A stretch of DNA of 64,000 nt from Candidatus Enterousia sp. (GCA_045617905.1 JAZLJO010000020.1:12818-76817), one strand, 5' to 3'; numbered from the stretch's first letter, positions 18,182-26,033 are shown. Notes: generated from the letters alone by a model not told the origin. Numbers and translations: made by a program.

Positions 18182-20185
18182 TTATAATTCAACAATTGCC
18201 ATTGATTCAAATCCGAAAACGTCAACCGCTTTGACACAGATTTTTCGTTTATGATTAACTTTGCCAACAATTATCTCGGCAGAATGCACGATGCGCAATG
18301 GGTCATCATCATTGGCGGTATTTTCACGATAATCCTGCCAAACACTGCGGAAAGTATTACCATCATAATCGGGGTCAATTGACCAATATTCAATTAAATC
18401 CAATGGGCTGGCCCCCATAATTTGTTGAACGGTTTCTTTGGATTTATCATCCAATGGCAGGTTATCTGGGGATAACAAAACATAGTTATCCAATGTAACA
18501 ATCAGTTTTTCTTTGCCGTCTTCGTTTGCGGGTTTTACAACAGGTTCTTTGATTGTTAAATATTGCAAAGAATTAAAGCGTATTTTTTTATTTTCAACCA
18601 AATCTTTGTAATCTTTCTTTTTCAGCAAATCCAATAAATCAGGTGGTATTACCAAAACATCAATGGATGATTTATCCAATGTCGCCAATTTATCACCAAT
18701 ATCAAAACTGAAATTCCACCCCAATATGATAACACGTTTCCATCCCCCCATAAATGCATCACGCATTTCCAGCGCACGTTCAATTGTATTCGCATTTGTT
18801 ATTTTATTGGGACTGTCCACGATTACCAATGTTGATTCATCGCGCATATGTCCAACATTTAATGGGGCATCCGCGTCATCAAATGGCAATGCCCCATACA
18901 GGCCCATAATAACCCGTGCCAGATCGGACACACGACGGAATTGTTTGTCAGACAAGAATGCCTCGCGCGAGTAATCGCCAATTGAATGATACAGGAACGG
19001 TTTACAATCGGGTATATCAATCAGGCGTTTGCGCATAATCATGGTGGACGGTTTACCCAAATCAGACGTTATCCAACGACGCCCTAATTTTTCCACAACG
19101 GCGGTGGTTGTTCCCGAACCACCAAAGAAATCCGCCACAATGGAATTTTCATTTGACGATGCTTTGATTATACGTTCCAATAATTTTTCTGGTTTTTGAG
19201 TATTGTAATGCACATTTTCTGCGGCAGTTCCTTGTACATTAATAATGTCTGACCAGATATCATCCAACGCAACCCCAGGCATATCGTTTAAATAAAATTT
19301 TATATTTATAATTCCATTTTTTGACACAACAACTCTATTTTCTAAATTCAATTGTACCATTGATTCATCCGATCTTGTCCCTTTTGGTTGTAATCTATAA
19401 CGTCCCCTTTCATCTTCGTATTTAAACGTAGAATTAATATAATCATCTGTGTAATCTTGGTATTGTCTATTAAAAATAAAATTCTGTGTTTTTACATAAT
19501 AAAAAATACAATCATGATTACGTCCGAATTGATTCGATTTTGCTTTTCCTCCTTTCATCGTATCACGTTTCCAGACAATCTCATTTCTGAAATTATCTTT
19601 TCCAAATATATCATCTAACATGACTTTCAAATAATGACCGGCGTGCCAATCACAATGAACGTAAATTGAACCTTGGTCGGACAACAATTCTTTCATCAGT
19701 ACCAAACGTGGATACAGCATTTTCAAATACGATATTGTGCCATCCGCCCATGTGTCGGAATATGCGAATTGTTCCAAAACGGTTGGTTTTTGTTCCACGT
19801 CCCCATTTGGCAAGGTTATTTTTGTTCGATAATCTGCCTTGGAATCAAAGGGCGGATCAATATAAATCAAATCAATTTTGCCACGCATACTTGGCAATCC
19901 GGTTGCTGGATCACCCGATAATAATGCCTGCATCGCAAACAGGTTATCGCCATGGATTAAACGATTAAACCAACCGTCCGCGTCACACAAGGCGCCGTCG
20001 GTTGGTGGACAACACGCCCTGATTTCACCACGGAACAGGCCACTGCTGTCACGGGCGGGTAAAACATATTCATTTGTTTGCAACATTAATTTATTATCAG
20101 ATTGTGCACGTTGTAATATTTTTTCAACCGTACGTTTACCCTGTGCAACAACATCCGGTAACATTTCAATCAGTGTTTTTGTCAT
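18182..20185 (-). CDS. mod: type III R-M Mod subunit (beta-class N6-adenine/N4-cytosine DNA methyltransferase)
   Basis: Motif IV IYIDPPF precedes motif I FFGGSGTT with a variable region between them, which is the Mod architecture. ATG 20185 lies 5 nt after GGGGG. The stop abuts res. Confidence 0.9.
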   Translation of the reverse strand: MTKTLIEMLPDVVAQGKRTVEKILQRAQSDNKLMLQTNEYVLPARDSSGLFRGEIRACCPPTDGALCDADGWFNRLIHGDNLFAMQALLSGDPATGLPSMRGKIDLIYIDPPFDSKADYRTKITLPNGDVEQKPTVLEQFAYSDTWADGTISYLKMLYPRLVLMKELLSDQGSIYVHCDWHAGHYLKVMLDDIFGKDNFRNEIVWKRDTMKGGKAKSNQFGRNHDCIFYYVKTQNFIFNRQYQDYTDDYINSTFKYEDERGRYRLQPKGTRSDESMVQLNLENRVVVSKNGIINIKFYLNDMPGVALDDIWSDIINVQGTAAENVHYNTQKPEKLLERIIKASSNENSIVADFFGGSGTTTAVVEKLGRRWITSDLGKPSTMIMRKRLIDIPDCKPFLYHSIGDYSREAFLSDKQFRRVSDLARVIMGLYGALPFDDADAPLNVGHMRDESTLVIVDSPNKITNANTIERALEMRDAFMGGWKRVIILGWNFSFDIGDKLATLDKSSIDVLVIPPDLLDLLKKKDYKDLVENKKIRFNSLQYLTIKEPVVKPANEDGKEKLIVTLDNYVLLSPDNLPLDDKSKETVQQIMGASPLDLIEYWSIDPDYDGNTFRSVWQDYRENTANDDDPLRIVHSAEIIVGKVNHKRKICVKAVDVFGFESMAIVEL

Positions 20186-20212
20186 ATTGCCCCCGTTTTG
20201 TGTTAAAACAAA

Positions 20213-20378
20213 AACCACCGGAAAAATCGGGTGGTTGGAGGTTCAGAACTATTATGCTATAAAAATAGTGTGCTTATTTTATGGGCATGCCCATATTATT
20301 CACAGCCCTCCAACCCTTTTAAGTTGGAGGTTTTTAACGTCCCCGCAGACGTATAGCATTCAGAGGTTCTGACACCCC
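20213..20378. repeat. structured GC-enriched element, copy A (between the mod start and the AT-rich module)
   Basis: Perfect stems: AACCACC/GGTGGTT (20213-19/20230-36), TCAGAAC/GTTCTGA (20243-49/20366-72), ATGCTATA/TATAGCAT (20254-61/20352-59), CCTCCAAC/GTTGGAGG (20307-14/20323-30). Central palindrome ATGGGCATGCCCAT (20281-94). Confidence 0.7.
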
Positions 20379-20454
20379 AATGGAAAAAATCATTCCATCG
20401 TTTTAATAATAAAAACAACCACACAAAAAATCAAATGAAAACGAATAAAAATAT

Positions 20455-20481
20455 CACCGTATAAATACAATCTATACGGTG
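20455..20481 (-). terminator. intrinsic terminator of the four-gene module
   Basis: Minus sense CACCGTATA-GATTGTATT-TATACGGTG followed by ATATTTTTATTCGTTTT. Confidence 0.6.
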
Positions 20482-20537
20482 TAAAAATGTATGCGAATTG
20501 ATTAATAAATTTCAATTATTTTGATTTTCATTTTTTT

Positions 20538-20858
20538 CTAGAATATTGCCAATATATCTATTTCGTTGATTATTTCATTTAATGATTTATTTGCAAATAA
20601 CTTTGCAGACAAAAACGATTCCGTCATATCTGTTTGATTATCAAATAATTCGTCATACAATTGTTGTGATATACTGTCGTGTTTATTTTTCGTAATCGTT
20701 TCTTCGGATGAATATTCGTATTTTGACAACATTATAAAATATTTATGATTTTCATTAATGCCACTGCTTATCAAATATACAAAATCATTATATTTAAATT
20801 CAATATCACACCCATAAAAGATTTCGTTATATAATTCTTGAATATCTAATTTCTTCAT
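20538..20858 (-). CDS. hypothetical protein, one copy of a repeated ~90-aa domain (immunity-protein-like by context)
   Basis: ATG 20858 follows GGGGCGGA (MKKLDIQELYNEIFYGCDIEFKYNDFVYLI). The track start 20879 is an extension. No family recognised. Confidence 0.55.
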   Translation of the reverse strand: MKKLDIQELYNEIFYGCDIEFKYNDFVYLISSGINENHKYFIMLSKYEYSSEETITKNKHDSISQQLYDELFDNQTDMTESFLSAKLFANKSLNEIINEIDILAIF

Positions 20859-20988
20859 TTTCCGCCCCATTTTTATCACGTTCTAAATACGCACTGGTTA
20901 ATATATAATATTTATCATTGTATAAAATCTCTATATCACCACCATGATATAATTCGTCATAAAATTCAGAAAATGTAAACCCTTGCAT
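20827..20988 (-). pseudogene. 53-codon truncated paralogue of the downstream gene
   Basis: Hand translation MQGFTFSEFYDELYHGGDIEILYNDKYYILTSAYLERDKNGAENEEIRYSRII. Residues 7-32 align about 13/32 identical with the N-terminus of the 20538-20858 product. Below the 60-aa track cutoff. Confidence 0.35.
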
Positions 20989-21010
20989 TTTATAATCCGT
21001 TTATATTCCA

Positions 21011-21577
21011 TCATTTTAATATAAAATATTGCTGATTGGTTGTTTGCATTATATTTTTTATTGTGATTTGCATATTAGGTATTATAACCGAACATAAATC
21101 ATTAAAGTCAGATATTGTACGTTCGTATATTATATTACATTTTTCATCGCGTATTTGCAGCAAACAAGGTTTGATTAAATAAATAACAATATTTTTGTAA
21201 AACAATACAAAACTTACATCGTCAATTTTTTTATTTTCCAAGATGGACACAAATCTATCAAATACATTTCTTTGTGATAAAAATTTTTCACGTTTGTATG
21301 TCATACCAAGTTCAATATCATTTTCTGATAATTTGCTTAATATTTCATGCATTGTTTTGCCAACATTTTCCATTGGAATGTTTAACATATCGTCAAAATT
21401 ATTCCAACTATATTCATATATTTTTTGTGGTTTTGTCTTAAAATATCCATATCCATAATAATTACCATGATAATCAAAATGAAAATCATTAAAATCAAAA
21501 CGAAACAATTCTATAAAATCCTGTTTTTGTTTTTCTTTATTTATGGCAACCAATAATTTATCTAATGCGTTTTTCAT
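21011..21577 (-). CDS. hypothetical protein with two copies of the same repeated domain
   Basis: 188 aa. The motifs FRFDFNDFHFDY and FVLFYKNIVIYLI resemble FKYNDFVYLI of the downstream gene. Its ATG overlaps the upstream stop (ATGA). Confidence 0.55.
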   Translation of the reverse strand: MKNALDKLLVAINKEKQKQDFIELFRFDFNDFHFDYHGNYYGYGYFKTKPQKIYEYSWNNFDDMLNIPMENVGKTMHEILSKLSENDIELGMTYKREKFLSQRNVFDRFVSILENKKIDDVSFVLFYKNIVIYLIKPCLLQIRDEKCNIIYERTISDFNDLCSVIIPNMQITIKNIMQTTNQQYFILK

Positions 21578-21978
21578 TTGTTATGCTCCTGTATCTTGCG
21601 TATTATATCACCATATTCTTTTAATTCGTTATCACTGATTTGCCTGCCATTATTTTTACGTATCATATAATCTCCATCTTTAACGAAATCATGAACATGG
21701 ATATTGCCTTTATTTAATTTATAATGATTTTCATGTCCAAAATCTATATCTATGACGGGAGCATGATTTTTATAAATACGCATTTGTGTATATTTATTAT
21801 TTTTATTTACGGCAATATAAACATCCGATTTGCCAGAATACTCAGGTAACCCTGCTGATGTTTTTCCTTTGGCTTTTATAACTTTTTTACCATAAAATAA
21901 ATTTGTTGTTTCAAACAATGTATCATCAGGATTTAGATATGTAAAATTATTGCTTTTAAAAGCACCGCGACCACCCAT
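21574..21978 (-). CDS. small His-rich hypothetical protein (candidate effector/toxin, unassigned)
   Basis: 134 aa starting MGGRGAFKSN, with the motif DIDFGHENHYKLNKGNIHVHDF. Translationally coupled at both ends (TAATG, ATGA). GGGGGA SD lies inside the upstream gene. Confidence 0.55.
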   Translation of the reverse strand: MGGRGAFKSNNFTYLNPDDTLFETTNLFYGKKVIKAKGKTSAGLPEYSGKSDVYIAVNKNNKYTQMRIYKNHAPVIDIDFGHENHYKLNKGNIHVHDFVKDGDYMIRKNNGRQISDNELKEYGDIIRKIQEHNK

Positions 21979-22649
21979 TATTTATCCCCCATATTTGAAT
22001 TTGATATCCAGTTGTAAGTTGTATTATGTATATGTAATATTGGTATAGAGCTGTATTTAACAGCAAAATTACCACCATACATAATAATTTTACATGGTTT
22101 CAATCTATTTAACATCTCAACAAAACCGTTTTGAAAAAATTGTTTAGAATTATTATTCTTAGATATACCAACTGTTGAGACCGCTATAACACCATGTTTA
22201 TAAATACCATTAAAACAAAAATCATAACTATTTTTTCCAGCCCATGAAACATTCGGTATAACATTTATGCCATTTTTTTGAAAAATAGTCCCAATTAACC
22301 GCGTTCTAAATATATTATATATTTGAATTGGTTTAGGCATATCTAACAGTATAGAAAAATCGGGTTCTATAACACATGGGAACTTTTGTAATATAGGTAT
22401 ATATTTATATGGATTATTCCAAACAGATTCTATCTTTCTATCTTCTTGAAAAAAATGAACTATTTTATTTTTTTCTTTTGTTTTATATATATCAGAAAAA
22501 GCGATCGCTTCATTCGGTATTTGATCAAAAAGTTGTTTTTTTAAAACAGGAATTTGATACTCATTTGTTAAATTTTCATAATCTATATCATTCATATGAT
22601 ATTTTTTATCAAAAAAAACACTAATATGTTGCTGCATTTTTATTCTCAT
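21978..22649 (-). CDS. DUF4417-like protein
   Basis: 223 aa. HFFQEDRKIESVWNNPYKYIPILQKFPCVIEPDFSILLDMPKPIQIYNIFRTRLIGTIFQKNGINVIPNVSWAG matches my memory of the DUF4417 (phage/MGE-associated) consensus. Not verifiable here. Confidence 0.6.
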   Translation of the reverse strand: MRIKMQQHISVFFDKKYHMNDIDYENLTNEYQIPVLKKQLFDQIPNEAIAFSDIYKTKEKNKIVHFFQEDRKIESVWNNPYKYIPILQKFPCVIEPDFSILLDMPKPIQIYNIFRTRLIGTIFQKNGINVIPNVSWAGKNSYDFCFNGIYKHGVIAVSTVGISKNNNSKQFFQNGFVEMLNRLKPCKIIMYGGNFAVKYSSIPILHIHNTTYNWISNSNMGDK

Positions 22650-22682
22650 TGTTTATTTATTAAGTTAAATGAGAACTGGGCG

Positions 22683-22860
22683 GTCGGGGTGTTAGAAAAA
22701 TCAAATCGTTAATGATCCCATTGGTTTTTGGGCATGCCTTGAACATATACCAACGGCACCCCGATCATAACATGTAAAAATGCATACAATCGGATTACGA
22801 TGCTTTTGCACCGAACGATTGGGACTTTTCTAAGGTCCCGAACCCAATTCCCATTGGATT
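22683..22860. repeat. structured GC-enriched element, copy B (upstream of the DUF4417 operon)
   Basis: 22683-22720 pairs with 22824-22860 (about 31 bp including 2 G.T), for example TTAGAAAA/TTTTCTAA, TCGGG/CCCGA, ATCGTT/AACGAT. Central GGGCATGCC at 22740-48. Confidence 0.7.
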
Positions 22861-22975
22861 CGCTACAAAACATATATTTATTTTATCAAAAAATCAATAC
22901 AAAAATATAAATATGTATTTTTACAGGATTTGTATCATATGTATTATTATCTAAATTGATGGTATTTTATATATT

Positions 22976-23620
22976 ATGCATACGATATTGGCATATTACG
23001 GTTTAATGATTATAAAATTAATCATGGCAATTGGGGTTGCCGTCATATATTTGCGTTATTTTACCGCGGCGGGTAATTTAAAACAAATGACCGCATTGGA
23101 TATTATTATTAATTTCTTGTTAAGTGCGATTCTGTCTGATTTTATTTTGGACCGCCATATTGGTATTATGGATTTTGTTATAATTGTAACGATTTATGGG
23201 GTTCTGCTGTATGCACTTAGCAAATTAACCCTGTATACAAATGTTGGACGACGCATATTTATTGGAACACCACATGTCATTATTCAAAATGGAAAATTGG
23301 ACACAGAACGCATGGCACGATTAAATATATCGGCCCATGATTTGGCAATGGCATTACGCAGACAACAAATTCAATCCATTCATGATGTTGAAACCGCCGA
23401 AATAGAACCAAATGGTGATTTTACCATTGTAAAAAAAGGCGACAGAAAATATTCTGTTGTAATTATTGATAATGGTAATATTGATAAATTTGGGCTGGCA
23501 AAAATTCAGAAAAACGAAAAATGGCTGCGTACACAATTACGACGAAAAAAAATAAAAGACATTGATGATATTTTAATTGCCCAATGGCACAGGGGACGAT
23601 TACAAATTGTAAAAAAGTAA
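22976..23620 (+). CDS. DUF421 (YetF-like) membrane protein
   Basis: Three N-terminal TM helices followed by a soluble domain (GTPHVIIQNGKLDTERMARLNISAHDLAMALRRQQIQSIHDVETAEIEPNGDFT), typical of the YetF/YdfS family. Confidence 0.7.
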   Translation: MHTILAYYGLMIIKLIMAIGVAVIYLRYFTAAGNLKQMTALDIIINFLLSAILSDFILDRHIGIMDFVIIVTIYGVLLYALSKLTLYTNVGRRIFIGTPHVIIQNGKLDTERMARLNISAHDLAMALRRQQIQSIHDVETAEIEPNGDFTIVKKGDRKYSVVIIDNGNIDKFGLAKIQKNEKWLRTQLRRKKIKDIDDILIAQWHRGRLQIVKK

Positions 23621-23642
23621 AAAACCGGCAATCACCGGTTTT
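23621..23642. terminator. bidirectional terminator between the DUF421 gene and mnmG
   Basis: AAAACCGG-CAATCA-CCGGTTTT, with A and T runs on either side. Confidence 0.6.
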
Positions 23643-23644
23643 TT

Positions 23645-25297
23645 TTATTTATTTCCACACTTTATTTTACGCATAACAACCATTATGCCGGCCGGTGTCA
23701 TTCCGGGGATACGCGATAATGCCGCAATATTTTCCGGACGTGTAATTGTCAATTTTTCAATTAATTCATTCGTTAACCCAGGCATATTTTTATATTCAAA
23801 ATCACGTGGGATTTTTAATTCCATATCACGTTTATATGCGTCCATTTCACGAATCGAACGTTGAATATATCCGGCATAAAATTTATCGTTTTCTAAAATT
23901 TTCTGCGAACGCATTGCATATTTTTCACGATACATATCATCAGAAATCATATTACAACGCACCGCCATTTGTCCCAATCGGACAATCGCGTTATCCGCAC
24001 GCAAATGTAATCTGTATTCCGCACGTGATGTAAACATACGATATGGTTCATCAACACCCAACGTTGTTATATCATCAATCAATACACCAATCATTGAATT
24101 TGTTCTGTTTATATCCAACATTTCACCACCAATCGCACGGGCGGCAGCATTGGCACCGGCAATTAAGCCTTGGGCGGCGGCCTCTTCATAACCACTGGTA
24201 CCGTTAATTTGACCTGCAAAAAACAATCCGGGGATATCTTTGGATTCTAAATGTGCATCCAATTTACGTGCATCAATTGCATCATATTCAATTGCATACC
24301 CATAACGTGCAATACGTGCATTTTCCAACCCCGGTATTGTTCGTATCCAAATATCTTGAATATCGGCACCAAAACTGGTTGAAATGCCATTGGGGTATAT
24401 TAAATCGCTGTCTAAGCCTTCGGGTTCTAAGAAAACATGATGCGATGTGTGATCAACGAATCGCATTACCTTGTCTTCTAAACTGGGGCAATATCGCGGT
24501 CCAATCCCTTCGATATCGCCATTATACATCGGTGCATTTGCAATATTATCACGTATAATTTGATGTGTTTTTTCGGTTGTATGCGTAATAAAACACACCG
24601 CTTCATAATTATTTTCGGCGGTGGCGGTGGAAAACCAATCATGTGGTTTGTCACCCGGTTGCAATTCACACACAGAAAAATCAATACTGTCACGATAAAT
24701 ACGTGCCGGTGTTCCGGTTTTTAAACGCATTAAACGAAAACCTGCCCTTTCCAACACAGGTGATATATGTGTATCCGGTGATTGATATTCACCATTATCC
24801 ATTAAACGCCCCGATGATATTTTTTCAGCGCCACGCGTTACCAAACCACGCAAAAATGTTCCAGTTGTAAAAATCAACGCATTTGATTGGTATTTATCGT
24901 TTACAACTTTGGCATCAATATCTAATTTTTCAACGGTATCAAAAACGATTGTCAAATTCTGATATTCTTTTAAAATTTTTATAACCGCCGCATGATACAA
25001 TTTTCTGTCAATCTGGGCACGTAATGCCTGGGTCGCCGCCCCATGTGATGCATTTAATGTTCTGAAATGAATACCGGCACAATCGGCCGCACGGGGCATA
25101 ACGCCACCAAACGCATCCATTTCTGCGACCATTTGGGATTTTCCCGGCCCACCAATACTGGGGTTGCAAGACATTGCACCCAAATCTGTTTCATGCATGG
25201 TCAACAACAACGTTTTTGCACCACGACGGGCCGCAGCGGCGGCCGCTTCAACCCCGGCATGTCCCCCACCAATAACAATCACATCAAATTTTTGCAT
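23645..25297 (-). CDS. mnmG: tRNA uridine 5-carboxymethylaminomethyl modification enzyme MnmG (GidA), short form
   Basis: FDVIVIGGGHAGVEAA, MSCNPSIGGPGK, GPRYCPSLEDK, FFAGQINGTSGYEEAAAQG. It is 550 aa, against about 620-630 aa in E. coli, which is 629 aa. Confidence 0.9.
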   Translation of the reverse strand: MQKFDVIVIGGGHAGVEAAAAAARRGAKTLLLTMHETDLGAMSCNPSIGGPGKSQMVAEMDAFGGVMPRAADCAGIHFRTLNASHGAATQALRAQIDRKLYHAAVIKILKEYQNLTIVFDTVEKLDIDAKVVNDKYQSNALIFTTGTFLRGLVTRGAEKISSGRLMDNGEYQSPDTHISPVLERAGFRLMRLKTGTPARIYRDSIDFSVCELQPGDKPHDWFSTATAENNYEAVCFITHTTEKTHQIIRDNIANAPMYNGDIEGIGPRYCPSLEDKVMRFVDHTSHHVFLEPEGLDSDLIYPNGISTSFGADIQDIWIRTIPGLENARIARYGYAIEYDAIDARKLDAHLESKDIPGLFFAGQINGTSGYEEAAAQGLIAGANAAARAIGGEMLDINRTNSMIGVLIDDITTLGVDEPYRMFTSRAEYRLHLRADNAIVRLGQMAVRCNMISDDMYREKYAMRSQKILENDKFYAGYIQRSIREMDAYKRDMELKIPRDFEYKNMPGLTNELIEKLTITRPENIAALSRIPGMTPAGIMVVMRKIKCGNK

Positions 25298-25303
25298 TTT
25301 TGT

Positions 25304-26032
25304 TTAAAACCGTCCCATTGCACCATTAACATTCAAAACCTGACCATTGATATATGAGGCCTCGCTGGACGCCAAAAACACACACGCATTTGCAATATCA
25401 TCCGGTTCACCAAAACGTCCGGCCGGAATTTGTGACAAATAAACCTTTTTTAAATCATCTGACAAAACGTCTGTCATTGGGGTTTTTATAAAACCGGGGG
25501 CAATACAATTTGCCGTAATACCACGGGATGCAACCTCGGCTGCAATGGATTTTGTCATTGCAATCATTCCACCTTTGGACGCAGCATAGTTCGCCTGGCC
25601 CGGGCCACCAATAACACCAATAATCGATGCCATATTAATAATACGCCCGCTGCGTTGTTTCATCATTGGCATAATTGCCGCACGACACATTTTAAAACAT
25701 GAACGTAAATTTGTATTTATAACATCATCAAATTGTTCATCTGTCATACGCATCAACAAAGTATCTTTGGTAATACCGGCATTGTTAACCAAAATATCAA
25801 TTTTGCCAGCTGCATCAATTGCATTCATAACCAATTCAACCGCCCCACCATCGGCCGCCAAATCGCACGGTATTTTGATGTATTCATCACCAAATTCGGC
25901 ATCCATTTTTGCCGTATTACGCCCCGACACAACAACCGTTGCACCCGCCTGTTTCATTTTACGCGCAATGGCACCACCAATTCCGCCGGTTGCACCGGTA
26001 ATCAAAACAACCTTACCTGTTAAATCAAACAT
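25304..26032 (-). CDS. fabG: 3-oxoacyl-ACP reductase
   Basis: Start at ATG 26032 (MFDLTGKVVLITGATGGIGGAIA). SDR motifs NNAG and YAASKGG are present. Adjacent to fabD. Confidence 0.9.
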   Translation of the reverse strand: MFDLTGKVVLITGATGGIGGAIARKMKQAGATVVVSGRNTAKMDAEFGDEYIKIPCDLAADGGAVELVMNAIDAAGKIDILVNNAGITKDTLLMRMTDEQFDDVINTNLRSCFKMCRAAIMPMMKQRSGRIINMASIIGVIGGPGQANYAASKGGMIAMTKSIAAEVASRGITANCIAPGFIKTPMTDVLSDDLKKVYLSQIPAGRFGEPDDIANACVFLASSEASYINGQVLNVNGAMGRF

Positions 26033-26033
26033 C

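Noticed and set aside
18182-20185. Phase-variable simple-sequence repeat in mod.
   Set aside because: No homopolymer or short tandem repeat tract of meaningful length was seen in or upstream of the coding sequence.
20213-22860. Elements A/B as 6S RNA, SRP RNA, RNase P, tmRNA, retron msr-msd, integron attC, or IS200/IS605 ends.
   Set aside because: None of the conserved motifs I know for these RNAs is present. No reverse transcriptase, integron integrase or TnpA/TnpB gene is nearby. The arms do not fit the attC core GTTRRRY. The elements are kept as unassigned.
15099-22975. Calling the whole R-M plus module region a mobile genomic island integrated at tRNA-Thr.
   Set aside because: There is no integrase or transposase and no direct repeat of the tRNA 3-prime end. 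The region also lies on the 5-prime side of the tRNA. Foreign origin is plausible for 20.4-22.7 kb, but mobility is unproven.
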